Shown here: positions 39,384-52,801 of the stretch, piece by piece | Layout: every line of letters begins with the position of its first letter | How positions within the stretch are numbered: position 1 is the stretch's first letter | Source: Nemertoderma westbladi | Taxonomy: Eukaryota; Animalia; Xenacoelomorpha | Reading direction: 5' to 3' | DNA length: 64,000 nucleotides | Assembly: GCA_032718475.1 (NCBI GenBank) | Contig: JAUCBJ010007794.1 | Span: 1-64,000 of the forward strand | Made by a program: the position numbers and the translations under genes | The notes under the pieces: model-generated | Database searches by the model: none | The model's input: the letters and a program-made list of their open reading frames with translations, nothing else | What the model was told of the DNA's origin: nothing

Positions 39384-42300
39384 TCAGTCTCTTTCCAGTA
39401 AACATAAACGACCAACTGGGCGATTGAGTTGTTGCGTCTCAAAGATTATGCCGGGTTTCTTGAGGTTACGCCGCATGACGACGAGTTCCACCGAGCGCAC
39501 TAAACCATCATCCGAGATGTGAGTCTCGTTGATACGACCTGTCTGCCACCGTTTACGTGGAAGGTCTGAATCTACAATAAGCACCATGTCTCCGGCGCTG
39601 ACGTTTTCTTGCTGCGCAAACCACTTAGTTCGAAGTTGTAGCGTGGGCAGATAATGTTTCTCGAAATGGTCAGCGAAACGACGGGATAGCAACTGCATAA
39701 GTTGCCAGGTTTGACGGCAGTATTCGTCTCCGTCGGCAATCTCCGATCGTGGGAGCATGGCTACAGGTTTCTTCAGTAGGAAGTGTGCGGGTGTTAGCGC
39801 TTCCAGGGAATTGGGACTCGATGAGACTGGCATAAGCGGTCTCTCGTTGAGATAGGCAGCGATTTCCTCCATTGACGTCCGCAAAAGTTCGTCGGTGAGA
39901 TACGCGCGGCATGGCACTATAAAGTGAAATGCGGTCTTGACACTTCTAATTAATCTCTCCCAGCTTCCTCCCCACCAAGGGGCGTCGGCGGCGTTGAAGG
40001 TCCAGCTAGACGCTGTTATCCTTAGCTGATCGTCCACCTGTCTTTGGTTCCAGTCCTTCACGTAAGTCTGGATTTCGTTGTTGGCACCAATGAAGTTCGT
40101 TCCCTTATCCGATCTCATGGTATTACTAGTCCCGAAGCGAGCGATCTGTCGGCGTAAACTTAAGACGAAGCTGTTGGTAGATAGATCGTTCACCATATTG
40201 AGATGGATGGCTCTACAAGTCATGCATACGAAGATGACACACCATCTCTTGACTATAGTCCTAGCACGATATACTTCAATAGGGCCAAATAAATCTACAC
40301 CAGTATTAGTAAAGGGTGGTTCATAGAAGCTTACTCGTTCCCTAGGTAATTCTGCCTCTCGCTGTTTTAAAGGCCTACTGAATGCTTTCCTACAGGGTAT
40401 GCAGTTCCTAAGAACTTGGTTCAGAGCTCTACGGGGTTTATAAAAATAATAGCGAGTTCGGATTTCGCTAAGAACTCGTTCTCTACCAGCATGATAAAGT
40501 TTACTGTGAACATCTACAATCATCTTGATTTGTACTTCAAGATTTCTAATGAGTATGGGGAATTTAGTGTCAAAGGATAATGGCGCATTGGTGAGTCTTC
40601 CTCCAACACGTATTAACCCATCTATCATTGTGCTAGAGAAGCGATCCCTTAAGCGCATCTGCGGATTTCTCAACAACAGGAAATACTTATCGGAATCCTC
40701 ATAGCATTGCAGGAGTCTCAGTATCTGCTTATTGGTTTCTTCATGCTCCTGGTAACTGATTTTCTCCTTTAGAAACCGGTCGGATGTCTTATATTTGGGG
40801 AGATCTTTAATAACATGAACTTGTGCAGATGTCAATGGAGCGGTATCACTAATGGTCTTCGTCCTGGAGTAGTGATGATGAAAACATCGCCTTAAATATG
40901 TGACGGCCTTACAGAGCCGATTCCAGGAACTGTAGTGATGCATTGCTCTCTGCAGCAGGGGTGAGATTCCTTGCAAACCGTCTGGTATTCCAGATTTCCA
41001 ATCTCTATCTCTAATTTCCACAACAGACTTATTTGTGGCGAGGGATTGCGGATCCGAAGCATCGTTTCCGGAAGTATGTAATACAGATAGATCGACCGTC
41101 GGTTTAAATAACTTCGATTTACTCGCCCGGGTTTTAGGTTTGACTTTCTCCGCTCCCTTGGCTTGTCTAATCTCTGCCGTAGTAAGGTGAGGAGGCCATT
41201 CATTCTCTTCCTTGCTAAGGAAGTCGGGTCCACCCAACCAGTCCGGAGTATCTATCAGTTCCTGTGGAGTTGCTCCCCTGGAGGCGATATCGGCTGGATT
41301 AATCGTACCAGGGCAATGTCTCCATTGATCTATCTTTGTGCGACTAAGAATAATGGCTACTCTGTTAGTAACAAAAACGCTGAACTGACAGACTTCATTG
41401 GTTATATACTCCAACACGAGTAAAGCGTCGGTCCAATAAACAGTTTTCTCCAGTGGATAGTCGATTTGTTCTGTTACGTTCCGGCTGATGGCTGTAGTGT
41501 ATAAAGCCGCTTTTAACTCCGCTCGAGGAACCTTTAACTTGTTGTTAATCAATGCCTTAGAGGTAACCAAGGCGACTTTGATTCCATCCGGAGTTTCGAC
41601 TTGCAGATATGCTAGTATACCTATTCCCATGTCACTGGTGTCTCCAAACACATGGAGTTGATAGGAATACGTAGGGAGAACATGACCAAAATATGAACAG
41701 GAAATTATAAAGCTCTCGATGGCAGGTAGAGAATCTTCCCATTTCATCCACTTCTTTAACAGTTCTCCCTTAAGTGGATCGTCCCAGGAGTGGTTTTCAA
41801 GCCACATTTGTTGTACTAAACTCCGAGCAATCAATATAACTGGGCTAATAAATCCCAATGGGTCGAAATAAGTGCTCAGGATACTTAAACAAATCCGTGT
41901 GGTCCGAACTGGATTATCTCGCTGTTTTAGCTGAAAAAACAGGATATCTCTTTCTGTGTCCCACTTCAAGCCAAGCGTCTTGGTTTCTGGAAGATCGTCC
42001 TTTATTAAGTCTAGGTCTTTCGTTCCTCGATCTTCTACCGGTATCGCTTCCAGAAACTCACGGGAGTTGCTGGTGAATTTCGTCAGTCGAAATCCTCATC
42101 TTTTCAAACACTCTACCGTTCCTTTCGCGACATCAATGGCTTCTTCTACTGATTGAAGGGACTTTAAATTGTCGTCCATGTATATATCACGTTTGATGTT
42201 ATCTATCACCTCTTTTGAGAAGGCGTCCCGGTTGTCATTCGCAGTGGTCCGCACCACGGAGCAGGCGTTGTAAGGGCTTGATATGATCCCAAAAGCCTGG

Positions 42301-43721
42301 ATGGTCATCCAGTACTCTACCAGTTTCTGGTTGAGATCTCCTTCAGGCCACCACAGAAATCTTAGGCTGTCTCTATCTCTATCCAGCGCCTTGACTTGTA
42401 AGAACATTCCTTCTATATCGGAGGCGAACGCGATGGAATATTGTCTTAATCTTAAAAGTATTCCCAACAAGGATTGGAGTAAGTTGGGTCCTGGTAACAA
42501 CTCGGAATTGAGGGATTGGCCCATATATAGAGCGGAGCCATCGAATACGACTCGTACTTCATGGGGTTTACCGGGTTTGGGAACGTAATGATGTGTTAAG
42601 TAATACGTTCTCTCAGTTATTGGTGTTCCTTCCGGTACTCGCTCCGCGTATCCCTTTGTAATCAATTTCTTCAACTGAGTTTGGTACATTTCTTTAGCTG
42701 AAGCATTTGCCGTAAGGCGTCGATGTAATTGAGTGATTCTTTTCTCTGCCAAGGGTCTGTTATTTATAAATCTAGGTTCTCGTTTTCGAAATGGTAGGCC
42801 GATTTCATATCTACCTTGATTTTTTAAAAAACGTGTAGTTGTTTCCTGGATTTGCTTGGCTCTTTCTTCTTTTATCGATAGGGCCTTATCGTATGAATTG
42901 GGCTCTACCAATTCTTGAGTAAAGAATCGTACGGCGAGTTCGTCCCGAGTTCTAGCGTTGTAGCGCTCTATCTCATCATTGAGTTCGTCATTGTAATCAA
43001 TGGGTCCCGATGGGCGAATCAGTTGACATAGGTTCACCTGGTTTTTCCAAATTCTGTTTTCTGTAAGTAGGTCGATTGTGTTCTCTTCATCGAAGAGTTG
43101 GTAGATGTCGTCATTATCTGAGGAGTATGGTGTTCCCTCAGTTAGTTTGTCCACCTCACTGCTCTCCACTTCCCAATCATTTACTTGGTATATTCGTTCT
43201 TGTGGTAGTCTCTCTTCGAGAGTTCTGCGGGAAGGGCCAGTAAAGTACCAACCTACTCTAGTTCTTACCGCATAGGTTTGTAGTGGCTGCGGTTGAGCAG
43301 GCCGTTTCTCCAATGTCTCGAGCTCCTCATGCGCGTTTTGGCCGATGAGTATTTGTACTCCAGGATAATCTGTCTGGAATCGAGGTATCTTAAGCTGTTG
43401 GATGCTCTCGTCTTCGTCCCAGTCATAAGGTTCTACTTGGGTAGTAGCGAAGTTTTTTATAGCCACCATTTTTACTGACCTTATACTTTGTGCTCCTAAT
43501 TTATCCTGGGGGGTGGACAACGCACCTACATAGTAATCTGCCGTTATGGTAGATTTCCAAACCTGTATAACTCCTGACATATTTAACTTAGTTCGGAATT
43601 TGGGTTGTCCAGCAAAGATGTCTTTGGCTAGTTCTTGATCGATGAATGTTCCTGTGCTGCCGGAGTCAAGGAGGGCGTTCACTACGTAACTTTTGTTAGG
43701 ACCGTGAACTCTTACCTGCAC
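39384..43721 (-). pseudogene. Element B pol: aspartic protease, reverse transcriptase, RNase H, integrase
   Basis: LLDSGSTGTF (protease); VRVVFDGS...SLNSELLPGPNL...DIEGMFLQ...YMDD (RT); FDPLG...LHVFGD...WTDA...NPADIASRG (Pao RNase H region); H-x3-H...C-x2-C, GVDLFGP, SDKGTNF, WERLI (integrase). One nonsense codon at 42096. Confidence 0.96.
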
Positions 43722-46700
43722 TACAGGAAATTCTCTGATTTCTTACGTTGGAAGTTGGAGCTTTCCAAGATGGTTGTCTGTCAAAAGTAGTTGGGGGGAA
43801 CTCATTGTCGGTGTCCTTTTCGTAAGTAAGTGCTCGATACACTGCGGTATTTATTAGGTAACAGGATTCGTTGGCGTCGGAGAATTCGTCAGTATAGAAT
43901 CCTTCCATCTCAGATTCTTGATCGGTATCATTTACATCACTGAATTGGACATGTAGTTCGGGCTCACTTACCTGACTCGGGTTGTTTCGTTCGAATTCAC
44001 TGTGTAACAAGATGTGATGTTTTGCACCACACTTTGCACACCTTACGTCGGAGTAACAGGTTCGCCGTTGGTGTCCTTGTCTGAGGCAATTATAGCATAA
44101 CCGCTTATCCCACATGACTTCACGTCTGTCTACCAGGGATTTCTTTAGGAATTCCGCACACGCACTCAAACGGTGGGGCCCGTCGCACAGCGCACATTTT
44201 GGTTTGATGTTACTCACTTCACCTTGGGTAACGTTATGCACTCTCGTTCTTTCTTCGGGCTTTCTTCCATGCATTCTGTTAGGAGACTGAGGAGGAGTCT
44301 TAGCAACCTGTTCTCTCCTGTCATGGGTTCGAGCCTTATATTTACTTACGTCCTTTGAGGTTTTGTTAACATAGTAAGATCAGTCAGTGTCTTTCCCGCT
44401 GTCCTCTTCTTGAGAAGCTTGGCTTTCGCCGTCGTCAGTATAACACACTGGTGTTACCCTTCTCCGAGAAACGGGTTTCTCACTTACCTTATTTTCCGAT
44501 GTTTTCTCTCTGGACTGCTTTATTAGTTGTAATTTTACTTCACCATCTAAGAAGGACATGAGATCAGCCATGGTAGGGCTCCATTGTTGTTGCTCCATCA
44601 TATACAACACTTTCTTGTCCCAGCGTGTACATACTCCACCCTTTGGTAAAGTAGAGACTATGGCTCCAATAACCATGGAACTCTGATATTCATGAGACTT
44701 ACCTAACCAATCCAATTGTCTACAGATCTCCTAAATCTCATCGGAAAACTCTATAATCCCGCTACTAAGGAACTTTCGGGGGGCTACTAATTTTGCATAC
44801 AAATACTTAGCTATGTTATCCTTGTTACCATACCTGATGTTTAATGTATCCCAAACTTGTCTTAATCCATTCCTTCCAAGCACTTGATGAGGAATCTAAG
44901 TTTCTCTCCATTAGATAGTACAGAGTTCTGTATGCTATCTTTGTAATATTCATTGAAAGGTAACCATTTCATCTCATCTCCATTGAATTTGACGATTTCT
45001 CCCACTTTGACCGCTTGGCGGGCTTCTGTTCTAGCCATCTGACGCGTAAAGCTTTCTTGGGCCATCATGTTGTTTAATATCGAATTATCGGTATATAAAT
45101 TTCTCGGATTATTATCAGGTCTATAGGGAATATCATTAACAACAGGTTTATAATCACCCTTAATAGGATTTGCTATAGGAGTTTCTACTTCACTAGCAGT
45201 ATAGATGCGTGTAGGCTCCACACCTTGCGCATGTAATACTTCAGACCTAACAGGTTGACACAATGTTACAGGGGGTATTGGTATACCCTTTTGTATATTG
45301 ACTAATTTGTTGCGTTCTAGCGCGATGCTTTGCTGCACTTCTTGCAATTCTAACTTACTTTCCCTTACTGTTCCCTTGAGTTGGTGGACAGTCTCCTACA
45401 TCTGTCCAAGCAGGAGATTCATCCCCCGCCGTCCCTCCTCTACCCACTCGACCGCCGAAGCGGGAGTCGCCAACATTGTAGCGGGTAGACGCGGGACGAC
45501 GGGAGACAAACCTTTGATTTCTCTCTCGGCATCCAGGACAGGGATATTCTCATGGACTGTTCTACCGGGTACAGGCAGTGTAGTACTGTGTAAAGGGAAT
45601 TTAGAGTTAGACTCTGGAAGTACAGGGGTCTCTAGCACAGGAGTGGCTTTGGGAACGACAGGCCTAATTATTTCAGGCTTATCGACTATCGTAGGGAGTC
45701 TTTTGACCTTAATAATTTGGTCTGTGGGTTCTGTACTACCTAAGTCTGTGCTAGCTAGTTGTCTTCTAACAGCTGGGGGCAAATCAGGCAATTTGTGACG
45801 GTGAGATGTTTTTCTATGCCTGCTTAGACGAGATCTATTTCCTCCGCTTTCAGGATCGGTGGTCTCGCCTTCCTCCGATGATGTGTATCCTTGGCGTTTG
45901 GGAGTAGATCGACTCATCATCTGCATTTGACTAGCTGTTAACTGTTTATTTATGCAGTCCTGCGTCTCTTGAAGATTTTCCAACTCTAGTTGGGTGGTCT
46001 CTTCAGACGCTCTCCGTTTTGCTTCTGCCAATGCCTCCGCCGCTTTTCTTTCTGCCTCTGCCACTGCCACTGCCGCCTTTCTTTCTACTTCTGCCGCTGC
46101 CGCTGCTACTGCCTTTCGATCTTCTATTCGTTTTTTCTTTACTTGTTCTTCCTGGGCTCTAGCGATGCGGAGTTGTTCATCAAATTTAGCTTGGTTTGCA
46201 GCTAACATTTCCGCATCGATTGAGTCCAACACAAGCTTGGCTCCTTCACTATTGGGGCGAAGTCCAGCCAGTTGTCTCCTCAACTCTTCGTCACCTAAGA
46301 AACGTTGATAGTCTGACAGATAGATGTTGATGGCGTCTCTCGTTCGCAGTCTCTCTGCTGTCACTTCGCTTTCCACTTGAGAAAAGGTGGCATCGGTTGA
46401 TTCTTCATAGGTTGGTTGCTCAGCCAGCCGGGATTTCCACTGGGCTGTTTCTTGAACTTTGAGACCTACCCGTTGGAACCAAGTCTTGACAGCAACTTGC
46501 AGCGACGTGTCCTGTCTTCTTTTGGAAGTTTCCTCAAAGGCTGATAGAATTAGTCTAATGCATAGGGTTCTTTCGCGTACTTGACAAAGCAGCTCTTCCA
46601 GCTCTTGAGGTCCTTGAGGTTGTCGAAACAGTTGTTCTTCTAATCGCTCTAAGGAGCCAAAGAATCCCTGCACATATCCTGCTGCCGACCTCTTCCAAAC

Positions 46701-47238
46701 AGCTGGATCCATCGTATCTTTAGTCACTCCCATCCTGTGTATGTCTTCCCAAGTAGCTTCGGACAAATCTAACGGGAGTCCGGGTCCGGGAAAGTTCCAT
46801 TGTGACTCGACAATAGACATCAATTCTTCCCTGGCGTATCCCGCATAACTATCTTGGGTCACTCGCTTACTTCTCGCCCAATCGACTTGGTGTTCCTCCA
46901 CCGCAATCAATATCGTAGTTAGTACTGCGGCAGGAAGAGTGAGAAGGGGATCCGTATAAGCTGTATCCGCCATCTTCACTCCGCGTATTAGGATATTGAC
47001 TAGGATATTGCTGCTGTAGGACAGCTGCTTCTTGGTTCCGTTTGACCTGGGCCCGAGTGCCGATGATAGACCTACGGTGTTGGATTAGCCTAGGGTCTGA
47101 TACTACTACTGGAGGGATGACCTTTCTTTCAGTAGGAGGTGAGCTGAACCCTTTTCTTAATCGCTCCACACTCCTATCTGTGTCACAGATGGTTGTATCG
47201 ATTAGACTGTCCGACAGGTTTTGCTTTGTGTCAGACAT
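43696..47238 (-). pseudogene. Element B gag (fragmented)
   Basis: Starts MSDTKQNLSDS; coiled-coil region; KFNGDEMKWLPF...LSNGEKLRFL (DUF1759-like); triple Cys-His CALCDGPHRLSAC/CYNCLRQGHQRRTC/CAKCGAKHHILLH typical of BEL/Pao; several stops and frameshifts. Confidence 0.92.
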
Positions 47239-48473
47239 GCTTAGCTATACAGTTGAATGCTTACTGCTATAGTTACAGTTAAAGCAAGTCTAGTAATTCA
47301 GTATGACCGTTGGCCTAGTACCGGTAATTAATTACAGTATATTAGAATACCGGTATACACTTATAGTATATATAAGTATTGCAGACTAGGTTTGTCACAG
47401 AATACCGGTATATAATTTCAGTGCAAATATATACAAATAGATAATAAGCCTATTATAGATACCGGTATATCAATTATTTAGAGTAATTGAATTTCTGAAA
47501 TTATAGGGTTACTTAGTTACTTTAGTTTACTCTATTACCGTTATTCAAGCAGTAAGTCCAACTGATATTAAGACCTAATTGTTGTATGACAGGCCTACTC
47601 GCTTATAAACCTTTGAGTTGATTTATAATAGATATATATATATATATACCCGTATGAGGGGTTTTGTTACAATATTGAAATAGATGTTACTATTTCTGGG
47701 AAATAATCACTACACAGAAGCTGTGCGCTCTCAGTGAAGTGCTACTTATTAGACACTAAAACAGATAATTCTACTGGCCTAAGTTACTTATCTACGAATT
47801 ACTTACGATACGGGTGAGATTAAATCTCTTACTAAACACAACAAAATATTACGTACGAAATTTTTTAGGGTAATTTTACAGGGAAACTACAAACCAGTCT
47901 AACAAAGGGTTAGAACTTCTGGTTATTACAACGGACAGGATACTACGGTATTTGAGAATAATAAAGCAGTAGTCAATATACTGCGTTGTCCAGATAGGAA
48001 AAATACCACCGTCTGACGACCTATAGCCATATCGCTATAGGTACTACGTTATGTATCACGGAGTGTTCCTACCTAGAAGTTAATTACCGCGGACTACCAG
48101 ATCCAACGTGCCTATTAACCACTTTACAACACAAATATACTGCCTACACACTAATTACTTTCGGAAAGCACTGTACACTAAACCCTAAATTAGGTACAAG
48201 TACTTATAAAACAGATAACTAGCAGTTAAATATACTTGAACAGTTAAAAGAACCACGGCATCTGCTGGAGTGACCAGAGCACAAAGTCACCAGTCTTTAC
48301 CTACGCCAAGCAGCCCGTGTAGGACCGGGGTTAATTTAACTATAACGGTATGTGTAACAAGCACAATTACTGTAGGAATAAACTTGGGGACATGAATGTT
48401 GCGAATAATCGCATAAACTCTGAATAATAAATATTACGCTACCCGTACAGAATACTCAAACAAAATACAAACC

Positions 48474-48990
48474 AAACGCTGGCAGACTACTATCAAGCCT
48501 AAATAAACTACAGTATGTGCAGATTCCAAAATGGTTAGTTAGTATGCGTTCTAACACGGTAGTACGACTTATTCTTTAGGAGGGGGTTGACCTTACAACT
48601 CAAGATGCCCCAACTTACTAACTGGCACTTTATCGGACAGACTCTACACACGCCGCAATCTCTCCAGACCCAACAACAGCCAGACAACAATCCAGCCTAC
48701 AAAATATCTGAGTAATAACTATTACGGTACCTGAACAGACCACACAAACAAACACAGGCTAAAACGCTGGCAGACCACTATCAAGCCTAAATAAACTACA
48801 GTATATGCAGATTCCAAAATGGTTAGTTAGTATGTGTTCTAACACGGTAGTACGACTTATTCTTTAGGAGGGGGTTGACCTTACAACTTAGATGCCCCAA
48901 CTTACTAACTGGCACTTTATCGGACAGACTCTACACACGCCGCAATCTCTCCAGACTCAACAACAGTCAGACAACAGTCCAGCCTTCAAT
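48474..48990. repeat. 288-bp-period tandem duplication in B's leader
   Basis: AAACGCTGGCAGAC... at 48474 and 48762; the same duplication is present in element C at ~61330-61900. Confidence 0.88.
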
Positions 48991-49186
48991 TATCTGAACA
49001 ATCTGAGCAGACTTACACGTCTTCTGCTCAATATTAACTTACACGTAAATAAAACTGACAGAAATAAGTAAAATCTCAATAAAAAACCAGGGCGGCCGTT
49101 CCCTGATTAAGTACTAAGACCTACCGGTATACAATAATCAAAATCGAATAATACTAATGTACTTATACTGGAAGTACCGGTTAGGA

Positions 49187-49414
49187 CAGTTGGGCCTACA
49201 GACCTACAGCAGTACCGGTTCAGGCAGTTGGGCCTACAGACCTACAGCAGTACCGGTTCAGGCAGTTGGGCCTATGGACCTACAGCAGTACCGGTTCAGG
49301 CAGTTGGGCCTACGGACCTACAGCAGTACCGGTTCAGGCAGTTGGGCCTACAGACCTACAGCAGTACCAGTTCAGGCAGTTGGGCCTACGGACCTACAGC
49401 AGTACCGGTTCAGG
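49187..49414. repeat. Six 38-bp tandem units in B's leader
   Basis: CAGTTGGGCCTACAGACCTACAGCAGTACCGGTTCAGG at 49187, 49225, 49263, 49301, 49339, 49377. Confidence 0.95.
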
Positions 49415-49465
49415 TTTACCGGTCGACCAGTACTTTCAACTTTATTGCTTACTACAATAAAGAAG

Positions 49466-49476
49466 ATAACTGTTAT
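49466..49476 (-). other. Putative self-priming PBS of element B
   Basis: ATAACAGTTAT directly follows the 5' LTR and is the exact reverse complement of LTR positions 50250-50240 (ATAACTGTTAT). Confidence 0.7.
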
Positions 49477-50720
49477 TGTACGTGCTTTTGAAGACCTTTA
49501 GCAGTTTAACCTGCCAAAATTTATATGTCTTTTGGTTTATAACTCGACTTTAGCATATGACAAGTATTTAATACCAATAAACACAACATTAGCTGAAGCC
49601 AGCCTAGTGCGCGTCCATTCACCCGCTGGATATACCCGGGAGACTGGATTCGGAGGGCTTAGATTTTATTGCAGTGTAGCCTACTGTATTATTCGATTGA
49701 TCGTTAATAAATAATCTCTGAAGAAATATTATTTACTTTCGGGAAATATTAACAGTTCCTTTAGGACGTGGCGCTCTATCTAGGTAAACAGAGCTATGAC
49801 TTATACTAAACACAACGGTAAGGCTTATGATTCATGTATAAGGCGCATTCTTTAGGAAATGCTTAGTTATCAGCCACAATCATGCACACTACCGGTACCG
49901 CACAATACTGCACACTAATCTGCCGACCGTCAATGAATTTGATCATACATAAAGAGAACAGCAATTGACTCATGTAGTGTCTATCAAATAGCATTAGATT
50001 CACTACAAACCACGATAATATAAGTCGCAATTGTTATATGTAACCGGTCTCTCTAACCTGTAGTGTATCAAGAAGATTGGGAAATTTGGGTTATTTATCG
50101 ATGTTCTCCAAGTAATAATATTCAACCAACTGATACAAATAATAACCACAGTAAATAGCATTAAGACGGTAGGTTAAGATATTATATGATTGGTAGGTAT
50201 TGGTATGATATGGTTAGTTGTTAAGCATGAGTTGAGTTGATAACAGTTATACTTTCTATAATCTAAGCCTACTAATCTTTCTTCTAAAGTCTGAAACAAA
50301 ATGATTCCAGAGCCGGTGTTCTTGGCCTAGATAGAAACAACACAACAACTGTAAGAGTCTCTGTGATAGTGTCACACTGTTGCAGGTATCTTTTACACAG
50401 AGAGGACAAGCTCTCATTGGCAGAACAACAGATTCCACAGGTTCCACGAATGTCTAAATGCCGAACTATCAGGATTTTTGCAGCCCTTGGCCAGCACACA
50501 AAATGAGTCACTCCGCTCGGTTGCCCTGGTTGCATACTCTGCTGCTATAGCTCTGGTTGGCCGATAGAACATAGCAAAGAGCCCCTCGTACAGCAAATCA
50601 GCCAATCAGCTGGTCGCTTGTATCATTCGAGTTAGGGAGCTTTTTAGAGTATTCCAGTGCCTTGGGGGGAACTGGATTGCAAAGCAAAAGGGCCAGTTAT
50701 ATCCCACAAAAGCTTTTACA
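49477..50720 (-). repeat. 5' LTR of element B
   Basis: Direct repeat of 32189-33432 at a constant offset of 17,288; flanked by TSD CTGTT. Confidence 0.96.
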
Positions 50721-52569
50721 CTGTTCTCAAGATGTCCTCCGTGACCATGTGGGTGTTCATTAACTTTGTCATGAGACGCTTCGAACTGCCCACCAGTCTC
50801 TCGACGCATCCTAGTGTATGTGGTGCATACGGCGTCCTTCTCTCCCATTTTACTTGACGTCGCCTCATGGCTGCCCTGGCTTCCTCCCCTTCCAAGATGT
50901 CCAAGGCCTCTGCCATCTCGTTCTCTGCTCCCACAAAGTTGGTTCCACTGTCGGAGTACATTACTTCGATCGTCCCACCTTTGCGGTCTCTGAACCTTTC
51001 TAGCGCATTTATAAATGCTGATGCGGATGCATCTTGGGCGAGTTCTATCCCTACCGCCCTCGTGTTGTTACATACGAAGATAATACCGTAGCGTTTCTCC
51101 GTGTGCCGCATCACCTTGATCTTTATCAGCCCGAACATGTCCACACCGCAATGCGTAAATGGTGGGTCGTGCTGTCTTACTCTACTTGCCGGTAGTGGCG
51201 CCATCTCCTGTATGGCTCACTCCTTCTTCGCTCGTCTGCAGGTCTGGCACTGCCCCACTACCGCTTTCACCATCTTCCTCAATTGTTTGACCCAGTAGGT
51301 CCTTCTTATCTCTGCGAGGGTTCGGTTGGTGCCCCCGTGCAATATCGACTTGTGGGAGTCCCAGATAATCTGGTGGACTAAAGGCGATCCTGTAGGAATG
51401 ATGATGGGTTTTGGTGGTACCACAATGCTGTTGTTGTATCCCACCCTAGAGTTCATTACTAGAATCCCATCATCGTTAAGTTGTGGCGACAGCGTGATCA
51501 GCTCGCTGTCTCGTCGAAGATGCTGTTGCTTACCGGCGCGTTCCACCTCGTCGCCATAGTTCTTCCGTTGTTCATAGCGGATGACTGCTCTAGCCGCTCC
51601 TTCCAGATCTATGGCTGTCCTGATCTTCTTACTTTTGCCAACTCCCGCGAGGAAATTCCCGAAGGCTCTCCAGTACGCAACTAATTTCTTGGTCTTGTAC
51701 CAACTAGAGCTGTAGCTGAGGAGTTTATCCGTTGGGTTATCGCACAGTTCTACTGATTTGGGTCGCACGTCCCTTATCTCCCTCACCATCTGGGAGTATA
51801 TCTCTTCTCCCTCTGAATCTCCCTCTTCTCCTTCCGATACTACTTCTCCTGGGCCCGGGTCTACCTTTCTCATCGGCGGCCAGGCCTCCTTGTCGCTCAG
51901 AAACTGTGGCCCGTGTTGCCACAATACTTCCTTCTTCAAGAAAGTGTGGCATGCCACGCCCCTCGATAACAAGTCCGCTGGGTTCTCGTCCGTAGGGCAG
52001 TAGTGCCACCTTTCTAGTTCTGTCGTCGCCCTTATTTCGTCCACTCTATTCGCGACGAATATAGGGTATCGCGTTTTCTCGTTATGTAGCCAGCCGAGCA
52101 CTACCATGGAGTCCGTCCAGTAGTGTGTCTCCACTATGTTGGGAATAGCGTCCATTATGTAGTCTGTGGCTCTAACTCCTAATCTCGCTGCTGTCAACTC
52201 TAGTTTGGGAACTGAATCCGAATCTGGTGGCGTTGACTTGGCCTTGCTGAAGGCAAGTCTGGGCTTGTGAGACCCCTCTCGTTGTACTAAGTAGAGTGCC
52301 GCTCCGTATGCCTCTAGCGACGCATCGGAGAACATGTGCAGATCCAGGTTCGTCATGTCCCCATCCGGGAAATACACTCTTGGCATGTTGTATGTTTCCA
52401 TCTGCTCTAGACCTTCTGTCCACTTGCACCACTGTTTCTTAATCTCTTCTGGCACCTCTTCGTCCCACTCATCTTTCAGCTTGTATACTCTTTTGAGTAT
52501 CTGTTTCCCCGTTACTAGTAGTTGGGATGCTAGGCCTAGGGGATTGTATATTCTTGCTATGTATGACAC
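50721..52569 (-). pseudogene. Element A RNase H and integrase core
   Basis: IYNPLG...LHMFSDAS..AYGA...PKLEL...WTDS...NPADLLSRG; H-x3-H...CQTC; GVDMFG; YSDSGTNFVGA. One nonsense codon at 51217. Confidence 0.95.
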
Positions 52570-52613
52570 ATATGGATGACATATCTTTGTGTGGATGTCT
52601 GCGTACGCGTCAC

Positions 52614-52801
52614 TGTGACGGGATCTACGGATCCCGGTTTATCCGTTTGGGTTTTCTACCTACGCGTCCCCGCCGTGTATATGAAAAGGTTCATTAAGAG
52701 TTCTGATGTTCGGTAATATGTATAAAGGTATAATATAGTTGATATATATAGTATAGTATGACACGGTTACCGGTAGATAAGTATGATGGCGGTAGCGGAC
52801 G
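52614..52801 (-). mobile_element. Terminal (R-U5-sized) LTR fragment of a family related to A
   Basis: TGTGACGGGATCTACGGATCCCGGTTTATCCG...CGCGTCCCCGCCGTG is a diverged match to the A LTR end (TGTGACGGGATCCAGGAAGG.TCCCGGTT.ATCCG). Confidence 0.75.

Larger units (their letters stand above)
32189..50720 (-). mobile_element. BEL/Pao LTR retrotransposon B, full length 18,532 bp, nested in A's integrase
   Basis: 1,244-bp LTRs; 5-bp TSD CTGTT at 32184-32188 and 50721-50725; gag-PR-RT-RH-IN plus a ~6-kb 3' accessory region. Confidence 0.97.

Noticed and set aside
43696-43721. Programmed gag-pol frameshift in B
   Set aside because: No clear slippery heptamer seen, BEL/Pao usually has one ORF, and this copy has several other lesions.
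49410-49432. TGGTCGACC as a displaced tRNA PBS in B
   Set aside because: It lies ~45 nt from the LTR, and the homologous position in C is CGGTCAACC, so the TGG is not conserved.
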